From: Mesoflavibacter sp.
GTDB taxonomy: Bacteria > Pseudomonadota > Alphaproteobacteria > UBA8366 > Aestuariispiraceae
Reading direction: 5' to 3'
Length of the DNA stretch: 24,000 bases
NCBI GenBank assembly: GCA_017792345.1
Contig: CP051228.1
Span: forward strand, 2,920,148 to 2,944,147
Below the pieces are notes generated by a model that did not search any database, had not been told where the DNA came from, and saw only the letters and a program-made list of their open reading frames with translations. Positions within the stretch are counted from its first letter, which is position 1; the number at the start of each line of letters is the position of its first letter. Position numbers and translations under genes: made by a program. This document shows positions 15,213 to 24,000 of this stretch, in pieces.

Positions 15213-15491
15213 TCAGCGTTCCTTCCCCGGGCCGGAGTCGTTGAGTATCTCCAGACACAGGCGTGCGGTCTCGGCAAGTTGTTCCCGGTGGCCGCGCTGC
15301 TGTTCCGCAACCGCCGCCAGCATCGCCTGCTGCATCGACTGGGCGGTATCCAAACAATCCCGGGCCAATGCAGCCGCGAGGTCCAATCCAGCGCTGTCTA
15401 ATCCAGGGCTGTCCAACCCTGTGCTGCCCGGTGATGGATTATCCGGTGATGCGCCCGATGTTGAGCGGCGCTCTGCCTGTTTCCGTGCCAA
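15213..15491 (-). CDS. Hypothetical small protein (92 aa), first ORF of the reb cluster. Low-complexity N-terminus with (S/P/A)GLD pentapeptide repeats and a helical Ala/Gln-rich C-terminus.
   Basis: TTG start at 15491, preceded by GGAGG (15497-15501) at a 5-nt spacing. The stop lies 2 nt before the ATG of the next gene. The C-terminal half has a strong G/C third-position bias and the N-terminal half a weaker one, so the true start could be further downstream. Confidence 0.5.
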   Translation of the reverse strand: MARKQAERRSTSGASPDNPSPGSTGLDSPGLDSAGLDLAAALARDCLDTAQSMQQAMLAAVAEQQRGHREQLAETARLCLEILNDSGPGKER

Positions 15492-15518
15492 GACGACCTC
15501 CCCACAAGCTTAGCGAGC

Positions 15519-15547
15519 ATAATAGCGCAACCCACGCGCGTGCGGAA
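15519..15547 (-). promoter_or_regulatory. Candidate sigma-70-like promoter for the reb cluster
   Basis: Minus strand: TTCCGC (15547-15542), 17-nt spacer, TATTAT (15524-15519). It lies about 28 nt upstream of the TTG start and just downstream of the thiolase terminator. The -35 element is weak. An alternative sigma factor cannot be excluded. Confidence 0.3.
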
Positions 15548-15580
15548 GAGGGATTTCGTTACGGATTGGCGGCAGGAGGT

Positions 15581-15613
15581 AAAACGGCAAAGACCCCGGA
15601 CTTTCGGTCCGGG
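15581..15613 (-). terminator. Intrinsic terminator after the thiolase gene; it insulates the reb cluster from upstream transcription
   Basis: Minus strand: CCCGGAC-cgaaa-GUCCGGG (15613-15595), followed by gtctttgccgtttt. It begins 37 nt after the thiolase stop. Confidence 0.6.
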
Positions 15614-15649
15614 ATCCCTGTCTCGATAGAGATGCAGTTATAGGCGGCC

Positions 15650-16816
15650 TTACTTCACCGCTTCCAGGATCGACACATAGTTCGCGACCGCAGCACCGCC
15701 CATGTTGAAAATGCCGCCCAGTTTGGCGTCCTTGACCTGCATGTCGCCGGCATCGCCGCGGGTCTGCATGGCGGTCATGACATGCATGGACACGCCGGTC
15801 GCGCCGATCGGGTGGCCCTTGGCTTTCAGCCCGCCCGAAGGATTGACCGGCAGCTTGCCGTCTTTTGCCGTCACGCCGTCCAGCGCGGCCTTGGCACCTT
15901 CGCCGGGCTTAGCGATGCCCATCGCTTCGTACTGCATCATCTCGGCGATGGTGAAGCAGTCATGGGTTTCGACGAAGCTGAGGTCGTCCAACGACAGGCC
16001 GGACTTGTCGAAGGCCTGATCCCAGGCCCGCGCACAGCCGTCCAGGAAGGTCATGTCGCGCTTCGACATCGGTAGGTAGTCGTTGACCTGTGCCCGGGCG
16101 CGGAACGCGACGGCCTTCTTCATGCCCAGGGCCGTGTCCATATCCGCCAGGACCAGCGCCGCCGCCCCGTCGGAGACCAGCGAGCAATCGGTGCGCTTCA
16201 GCGGGCCCGCTACCAGCGGGTTCTTGTCCGAAACGGTGCGGCAGAACTCGAAGCCCAGATCCTTGCGAAGCTGCGCGTAGGGGTTGGCGCAGCCGTTCTT
16301 GTGGTTCTTGGCCGCGATGGCCGCCAGGCCGTCGCTCTGATCGCCATACTTCTGGAAGTAGCCGTTGCAAATTTGGCCGAAGACCCCGGCAAATCCGCCC
16401 TCGGTCTCGCCTTCCTCTTTCAGATAAGAGGCCTGCAGCAGGATACCGCCGATTTCCGGACCGGGCGTTGCCGTCATCTTCTCGACGCCGACGACCAGGA
16501 CGACCTTGCCCTGCTTGGCTTCCAGATAGTTCACGCCCTGATGCACGGCGGCGGAGCCGGTGGCACAGGCGTTTTCCATCCGGGTCGACGGCTTGAAACG
16601 CAGGCCGTCCACCGTGTTCATGACCAGGGAAGAGCCGAAATCCTGCTTCGAGAAGCCGCCATTGTACCAGCCGAGATAGATCGCATCGACATCTTCCGGG
16701 GCGACGCCCGCATCCTTCAGTGCCTCCTCGGCGACACGGCCGACCAGGGATTCGACGTCCTCGCCTTCCAGTTTGCCGAAGGGGGAATGGGACCAGCCTA
16801 CGATCGCTGCGGTCAT
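15650..16816 (-). CDS. Thiolase-family protein (acetyl-CoA C-acyltransferase, SCP-x/nonspecific lipid-transfer type)
   Basis: 388 aa starting at MTAAIVGWSHSPFGK (ATG 16816, SD AGAGGAG upstream). Nucleophile Cys region STRMENACATGSAAV. C-terminal segments ETHDCFTIAE and NPSGGLKAKGHPIGATG. The track extension to 17125 is spurious. Confidence 0.85.
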   Translation of the reverse strand: MTAAIVGWSHSPFGKLEGEDVESLVGRVAEEALKDAGVAPEDVDAIYLGWYNGGFSKQDFGSSLVMNTVDGLRFKPSTRMENACATGSAAVHQGVNYLEAKQGKVVLVVGVEKMTATPGPEIGGILLQASYLKEEGETEGGFAGVFGQICNGYFQKYGDQSDGLAAIAAKNHKNGCANPYAQLRKDLGFEFCRTVSDKNPLVAGPLKRTDCSLVSDGAAALVLADMDTALGMKKAVAFRARAQVNDYLPMSKRDMTFLDGCARAWDQAFDKSGLSLDDLSFVETHDCFTIAEMMQYEAMGIAKPGEGAKAALDGVTAKDGKLPVNPSGGLKAKGHPIGATGVSMHVMTAMQTRGDAGDMQVKDAKLGGIFNMGGAAVANYVSILEAVK

Positions 16817-16890
16817 AACGGGGCTCCTCTCTGTTCGATTTGTATCGTTGAAATGGGTTTTACCGCAGCGCGATACAACGGTCGAGTCGG

Positions 16891-17976
16891 CTACTCCAGC
16901 GTCGCAATGGCCTTCATCGCGGCGCGGCGTTCCATGACGCTGCGCGGTTTGAACTGCAATCGGGTATGCAGCAGCGCATCCGCGTCGGCGGCGGACAAGC
17001 GGCGGACCTCGGTCGGGGTCAGACCGAAGGCCTTGCGGAACAGCGTCGCAAAATGAGATTGGCCGTTGAAGCCGCATTCCAGGGTGATGTCCAGGACGGA
17101 GCGGTCCGTCGTGACCGTCAGCCACAAACCGTGATCCAGCCGCAGGCGTCGGGAAAAGTCCCCGAAACTCATGCCCAGCTCCTCCCGGAATCCGCGTTCC
17201 AATTGACGGCGGGAGATGCCGACCCGGTCGGCCAGTTGATCGATACGCGGCGGGTCGGACAGCCTTTCTTCCAACAGCAGGATGGCCCGGGCGACACGCG
17301 GATCGCGGACGGATTGCGCGATGGGGGGCTGCGGCTGGGCCGCGGCGGCGGTACGGCTGCTTTCCACCATCATGATGCTCAGCGCTTTCTGCGCAATGTC
17401 ATGGCCCAGATGCCGTTCGATCATCCAGGCCGCCAGCCGTGCCGCACCGACCCCGCCGGCACAGGTGATGCGCTTGCCGTCGACCACGAACAGGCGGCTG
17501 GTATCGGGCTCCACCCGGTCGAACCGGTCGACCATGTCCTGATAGTGCAGCCAACTTACGCAGGCCTTGCGCCCGTCCAGGAGGCCAGCCTTGGCCATGG
17601 CGAATACGCCGGTGCAGATGCCGACCACGGCCACGCCCTTTCCGGCCGCGCTGCGTAGATAGTCGACGATCGGGGCGTCCTGAGCCTCATCGTGACCCAG
17701 CAGGCCGCCGACCGCGACGATGTAGTCGAAGCGCGATGGATCCAGCAGGTCCGCCGTCGCCGTAACCGAAACCCCGCAACTGGCCGGAATGGCCCGGGCG
17801 GCCGGGCTCATCACTTCCCAGCGACAGCGGATCGGCCGCGAGCGGTCGCGCTCATCCGCCGCCAGGCGCAGGGCGTCGATGAACGACCCGAAGGCGTTCA
17901 GCGTGAACCGGGCCAGCGGTACGAGGCCGACATTCAGTGCGGCGGGGGGATCGGGAAGGCGAGGGTCGATGGTCAT
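16891..17976 (-). CDS. GlxA-family transcriptional regulator (DJ-1/PfpI-like domain plus AraC-type HTH)
   Basis: 361 aa. The N-terminal domain has VVGICTGVFAMAKAGLLDGRKA (the DJ-1 nucleophile-elbow-like Cys). The C-terminal part has the AraC HTH segments LADRVGISRRQLERGFRE and ECGFNGQSHFATLFRKAFGLTPTEVR. Confidence 0.85.
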   Translation of the reverse strand: MTIDPRLPDPPAALNVGLVPLARFTLNAFGSFIDALRLAADERDRSRPIRCRWEVMSPAARAIPASCGVSVTATADLLDPSRFDYIVAVGGLLGHDEAQDAPIVDYLRSAAGKGVAVVGICTGVFAMAKAGLLDGRKACVSWLHYQDMVDRFDRVEPDTSRLFVVDGKRITCAGGVGAARLAAWMIERHLGHDIAQKALSIMMVESSRTAAAAQPQPPIAQSVRDPRVARAILLLEERLSDPPRIDQLADRVGISRRQLERGFREELGMSFGDFSRRLRLDHGLWLTVTTDRSVLDITLECGFNGQSHFATLFRKAFGLTPTEVRRLSAADADALLHTRLQFKPRSVMERRAAMKAIATLE

Positions 17977-18005
17977 GGTGTGAATTTAGCGATGTGACGG
18001 AAACG

Positions 18006-18034
18006 TTGAAAGCGCTCCGAAGAGGGCGTATCTC
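18006..18034 (+). promoter_or_regulatory. Candidate sigma-70 promoter for rnpB
   Basis: TTGAAA (18006-18011), 17-nt spacer, TATCTC (18029-18034). The -10 element ends 9 nt before the first base of the P1 stem at 18044. Confidence 0.4.
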
Positions 18035-18043
18035 CTGCCGTCA

Positions 18044-18435
<392 letters not shown>

Positions 18436-18556
18436 TTTTCGCGCATCGCCGTCCCGTCGCAGAAAATTCAATTCACGATCGCGACTCGGACCAATACGAT
18501 TTGTGCGCCGTGTCTTCCATAGCCCGGCCATAGGGGTACAGCAGAAGGGGATACCG

Positions 18557-19381
18557 ATGACGCGTTGGAAGTCGATGGCCGCGACGATGCTGGCCTTTGC
18601 GATTCTGTGTGGCGGGGCCGCGCGGGCCGATGACGAAGATTGTCAGCCAGCGGATATGGAGCATTACGTGCCCGGCGGTGACGAATGCCTGGCGATCAAA
18701 ACCTACCTTCCCGCGGATGTTGGGTCGGCTAAGCGGGTGGTCATCGTCCTGCATGGGGATCTCAGTCGGGGCGGACCGGCGGACTATATCTTTCCGGTGG
18801 CGGAAAGGGCCGCGGAATTGGGTCAGATTGGGATTGCGATGATGCGGGTCGGCTATTCCGGCGATGGACGCCGCTCGACGGGCACGCCCAGCCGACAGGA
18901 AAACCGCAACGATATGTACACCGCCGATGAATTCGACGCGGCGGCTGAGGCGGCGAAGGCGCTGAAAGCGCATTACGGCGTCCCGGAGGCGGTGATGATC
19001 GGCCATAGCGGCGGTGCCGCCACGACCGGTGTCATCGTGGGCCGTCACCCTGGCCTGCTGCAGCGCGTTCTGTTCATTGCCTGTCCCTGCGATATCGACA
19101 AATGGCGTCAGTTGCGCGGCCGCAATCCCTGGCCGAGGGCCGAAAGCCCGGACGATTATATCGACGAGATTCTGCCCGGCACGGTCGTCCGGCTGCTGGT
19201 CGGGTCCCGTGATAACAATACCTATCCAGACCTGTCGGAGGACTATGAGGAGGACGCGCGAGCGCGCGGTCTAGACGTGCGATTGTACAAGGTCGACGGG
19301 GCCGGACACAATTTGAACGAAAGCATGATCGAAAGCGATGCCTTCAAGGAAGCGCTGACGGAAATAATCGCGGGCGAGTGA
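18557..19381 (+). CDS. Secreted alpha/beta-fold hydrolase
   Basis: 274 aa starting at MTRWKSMAATMLAFAILCGGAARA (signal peptide). ATG at 18557 follows gaagggga. Nucleophile elbow GHSGG; distal VDGAGH supplies the His. The track start at 18377 lies inside rnpB. Confidence 0.75.
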   Translation: MTRWKSMAATMLAFAILCGGAARADDEDCQPADMEHYVPGGDECLAIKTYLPADVGSAKRVVIVLHGDLSRGGPADYIFPVAERAAELGQIGIAMMRVGYSGDGRRSTGTPSRQENRNDMYTADEFDAAAEAAKALKAHYGVPEAVMIGHSGGAATTGVIVGRHPGLLQRVLFIACPCDIDKWRQLRGRNPWPRAESPDDYIDEILPGTVVRLLVGSRDNNTYPDLSEDYEEDARARGLDVRLYKVDGAGHNLNESMIESDAFKEALTEIIAGE

Positions 19382-19440
19382 GTGCGCCGTTCGGGAAAAC
19401 ATGCGATACTGGCGCAAACGCCAGGAGACGTGACGGGACG

Positions 19441-19998
19441 ATGCCGTACGGCGAAATTGAACTCTTCGACACGGAGGAGTTCGAGCGCTTGCTCGAACGC
19501 ACGGAACTGGTGACTGCCTTCCGCTATTGGCAATCGATTTCCGGCGATCGATCTCTTCCGGCCTATGACGATCTGGATCCGCTGGACATCATTCCGATCC
19601 TGCCCCTGGTCAATCTGGTGGACGTCGTGCCGCAGACGCAAGGCGGCTATCGGTTTCGCCATCGGCTGGTGGGAACGGAGCTGGTCGACCGGTTCCGCAC
19701 AGAACATACCGGCCAATGGTTCGAGGACTTGTACGAGCCTGAGCATCTCGAACGGCAACTGCCATCCTATATTCGCGCGGTTGAGCGTCAGAAACCGACG
19801 GTCGGCGATATCGAATTGAGCGAGAATGGTAAGAGGATCATGGCCTATCGCCGGCTGATCCTGCCCCTCGCCGGTCCGGACGGTGCGGTCAATTGCCTGC
19901 TCCTGGTCTTCGCTTTCCAAAGCGAAGACGACCGGTTTCGCCCCTTGAATGAAGGCTTGCCCCTACATCGCCAAGGGCAGGGGTCGCGGCGCGGTTAG
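19441..19998 (+). CDS. PAS_5 / DUF1457-type PAS domain protein
   Basis: LPAYDDLDPLDIIPILPLVNLVDV...YRFRHRLVGTELVDRF...MAYRRLILPL matches the small stand-alone PAS_5 proteins that are common in alphaproteobacteria. I prefer the ATG at 19441. A GTG at 19378 overlapping the hydrolase stop is an alternative. Confidence 0.65.
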   Translation: MPYGEIELFDTEEFERLLERTELVTAFRYWQSISGDRSLPAYDDLDPLDIIPILPLVNLVDVVPQTQGGYRFRHRLVGTELVDRFRTEHTGQWFEDLYEPEHLERQLPSYIRAVERQKPTVGDIELSENGKRIMAYRRLILPLAGPDGAVNCLLLVFAFQSEDDRFRPLNEGLPLHRQGQGSRRG

Positions 19999-20038
19999 CA
20001 CGGCGTCGGGCCTGTCGGCGTGATCCTGGTCCGGCGGC

Positions 20039-20077
20039 AAAAAAAACAGGGCGGCCGGCGCTAGGCCGACCGCCCTG
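20039..20077 (-). terminator. Intrinsic terminator of the MCP gene
   Basis: Minus strand: the hairpin CAGGGCGGUCGGCC-uagcg-CCGGCCGCCCUG (20077-20047, one mismatch) is followed by UUUUUUUU (20046-20039). It begins 24 nt after the MCP stop. Confidence 0.8.
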
Positions 20078-20100
20078 TCCCTGCCCCGAACTCTAGGCGC

Positions 20101-21810
20101 CTAGTTCGCGAGTTGCTTCAGGAATCCGTCGACTTCCTGTTTCAACGTGCGGACCGTTTCGTTCAGACGCCGCGAGGATTCTTCCACGGCCTTGGCGCCG
20201 AATTCATTGTCGTCGACCTTGCTGCGGACGGCGCCCATGATGTTGGACACGTCCATCGTGCGGCTTTGCGCCTGTTCGATGTTGCTGCTGATGCCTTCGG
20301 TCGCGGAGACCTGGGCATCGACCATGTCGGCGATTTCCGACGCGCCGGAGCTGATCCGACGGATGCTGTCGACGACCGAGCCGATGGCCCCGCCGGCATC
20401 CTGGATGGCGCTTTGGATCGACGCGATCTGTTCGGCGATCTCGCCTGTCGCCTTGCCGGTCTGGGTCGCCAGTCCCTTCACCTCGTTCGCCACGACGGCG
20501 AAGCCCTTGCCGGCCTCCCCGGCGCGGGCGGCCTCAATGGTCGCGTTAAGTGCCAGAAGGTTGGTCTGTTCGGCGATGTCGTTGATCAGTTTCACGACCT
20601 CGCCGACGCGATCTGCCGCTTGTTGCAGGCCGGCCACCTTCTCGTTGACGCTTTCCGTCTGCTGCGCGGCGCTTTGGGCGTCCCGGGCGGAATCCGAAGA
20701 CCGGCGCCCGATTTCCTGGATCGACGCTGACAGGTCGCTGGTGACGGACGACGCCTCGTTCACCGACCCGGCGGCGTCGTTGGCGGAACCGTCGGCTTGT
20801 TGTGACATGCCGCGCAATTCCCCGGCGCTGCCGACGATATGGCGGATCGCGCCTTCGCTTTGGCTGCTGACTTCGCTCAGGGACTGGATGATGCCGCCGA
20901 CCTTGTCCCGGAACTGCGTGGCGATGCCCCTGATGAACTCGCGCTTTTCCTCTTCGGATTTGGCCTGGCGTTCTGCCTGTTGCGCGACCAGTCCGGCATT
21001 CTCTTCCGCGTTCTCACGGAAGACGTCCAGGGCGCGGGCCATGTCGCCCAATTCGTCGGAACGCTCCGTATAAGGCACGGCGTTCTTCGTATTGCCCTTG
21101 GACACTTGGATCATCTGTTCGGTCAACTGCAGCATCGGCCGGATCGATCCGCGCACCAGGAACAGGGCGATACCGCCGCAGACCAGAAGGCTGAGCACCG
21201 TCGCAACCAGAATGCCGGTGACGATATTGGACGCGGCCGCCCGGATGTTGGACTTCAGGACACCGGCATAGAGGATGCCGATCGTGTCGCCCTTCGGGTT
21301 CCGGATCGGCTCATAAATCGTGTAGTAGTCCTTCCCCAGGATCGTCGCTTCGCCCAGATAGGTTTCGCCGCGCATCATGTAGGGATAGACACGGCCGTTC
21401 TGGCCCAATTGCGTGCCGACCGCGCGGCTGCCGTCATCCTTGATGATATTCGTCGTGCGCCGCCAGAAGTCGCGGTTCTCGTCTTCCCATTCGAAGACGG
21501 TCGCGGTTTCGCCGGTGACGGAGCCGATCTCGTCGATCATGCTGTGATCGGGAAAGTCGGGAATTTCCGGCAGGGTCAGCTTGGTGACGCGTCCGGCCTT
21601 GGTGATGGTGAAGCTGGTTTCCGGCAAGGTCTTGCGCAGAAGAACTGCCGCCGTGCGCAGGCTGGCATTCTGCCGTTCGATAACCTGATCGGCGATTTCG
21701 TCTTCCAGAATGTAAATCGCGCTGCCGCCGACGGCCGCGGATGCCACCGCAATCAGCCCCAGAACAATCAGTACAAGCCGCGTCCGCAGCTTGAGCCTAA
21801 GTTTGAGCAT
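20101..21810 (-). CDS. Methyl-accepting chemotaxis protein with a periplasmic single-Cache-type sensor, a HAMP domain and an MCP signalling domain
   Basis: 569 aa. Two TM segments flank a roughly 170-aa periplasmic domain ([37 protein letters not shown], Cache_3-like). HAMP segment [12 protein letters not shown]. The conserved hairpin reads [37 protein letters not shown]. Confidence 0.93.
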   Translation of the reverse strand: MLKLRLKLRTRLVLIVLGLIAVASAAVGGSAIYILEDEIADQVIERQNASLRTAAVLLRKTLPETSFTITKAGRVTKLTLPEIPDFPDHSMIDEIGSVTGETATVFEWEDENRDFWRRTTNIIKDDGSRAVGTQLGQNGRVYPYMMRGETYLGEATILGKDYYTIYEPIRNPKGDTIGILYAGVLKSNIRAAASNIVTGILVATVLSLLVCGGIALFLVRGSIRPMLQLTEQMIQVSKGNTKNAVPYTERSDELGDMARALDVFRENAEENAGLVAQQAERQAKSEEEKREFIRGIATQFRDKVGGIIQSLSEVSSQSEGAIRHIVGSAGELRGMSQQADGSANDAAGSVNEASSVTSDLSASIQEIGRRSSDSARDAQSAAQQTESVNEKVAGLQQAADRVGEVVKLINDIAEQTNLLALNATIEAARAGEAGKGFAVVANEVKGLATQTGKATGEIAEQIASIQSAIQDAGGAIGSVVDSIRRISSGASEIADMVDAQVSATEGISSNIEQAQSRTMDVSNIMGAVRSKVDDNEFGAKAVEESSRRLNETVRTLKQEVDGFLKQLAN

Positions 21811-22035
21811 ACCGTTTCACTCCCCCAAGGGTGTTTGGTTATTGGGACAGTGAAACACCACATGTATTAACAAAACTTGAACTGAAGCGTAATTGTTTGG
21901 CCTTAATTCGGCGTGTCACCACCGTGACTGCAAACGTCGTCAGCAGAACTCAATGGATAAGCGTGGGTTGATCTAGCTATTTAGAACGATACTAATAATT
22001 AAAAATTCTGATAAGAGCGGAAGGGGTATCTGCAT

Positions 22036-22087
22036 TGAAAAGGCGCTGGCCGGCGGGCGGATAATGATCGCCCACCGGCCCGTCGCC
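22036..22087 (-). terminator. Probable intrinsic terminator of ettA
   Basis: Imperfect GC-rich hairpin: ggcgctggccggcgggcg (22042-22059) pairs with cgcccaccggcccgtcgcc (22069-22087). On the minus strand it is followed by cuuuuc. It starts 11 nt after the ettA stop. Confidence 0.5.
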
Positions 22088-22097
22088 AAAAAAGGAC

Positions 22098-23783
<1,686 letters not shown>

Positions 23784-23969
23784 GGCGGTCCTGCTCCCTG
23801 ATCATCCGAAATGCGACTGGAAGCCACTCCGTCTTGGAGCGGCGACGCGGTTGTAGCGGAGTTGACCGACAAGGGCAATTTTTTGCGATTGTCGGCCTTG
23901 CTGCAGCCCCCTTACGCGGCGAAGGTGCGGCAACACGCGCGGATACGCCACGCGGATCTGAGGGAGTTA

Positions 23970-24000
23970 GGGACCGTGGCAGAGCGGGAACCGCCATTGG
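23970..24000 (+). tRNA. Possible 5' portion of a tRNA gene, truncated by the window edge. The anticodon is not visible and the identity is unknown.
   Basis: GGGACCG-UG-GCAG-AGCGGGAA-CCGC-C-AUUGG fits 7-nt acceptor strand / U8 / D-arm geometry with A14, G15, G18-G19 and A21. One D-stem pair (A12-C23) mismatches. Only 31 nt are available, so this is tentative. Confidence 0.3.

Overview
This is a high-GC chromosomal window that looks alphaproteobacterial, probably Rhodospirillales-like. That assignment is inferred from the permuted tmRNA, its ANDN-type tag and the gene content. Most of the window is housekeeping or ordinary accessory genes:
- pncA 3' end, a rhodanese, and metZ.
- A PotB/PotC/PotD-like ABC importer with no ATPase gene.
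- An MFS transporter and a cytoplasmic GAF/PAS histidine kinase.
- A thyA / TfoX-N / folA operon, then trxB and a bactofilin.
- A thiolase with a GlxA/AraC regulator.
- A secreted alpha/beta hydrolase, a PAS_5 protein, a Cache-type MCP and ettA.

The ORF track cannot show two structured RNA genes. One is a circularly permuted two-piece tmRNA (ssrA, minus strand, about 8285-8620, tag ANDNDEMVAVAA). The other is a type-A RNase P RNA (rnpB, plus strand, 18044-18435).

The stand-out region is a minus-strand cluster at 12190-15491. It holds three tandem RebB-family (R-body / refractile inclusion body) paralogs. These are bracketed by two small Ala-rich helical ORFs of unknown function. Downstream sits a divergent histidine/aromatic ammonia-lyase homolog whose in-register MIO triad reads Ala-Ser-Asp instead of Ala-Ser-Gly. 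No CRISPR arrays, IS elements, integrases or rRNA genes were seen. All family calls come from motif recognition by eye; no database search was run.
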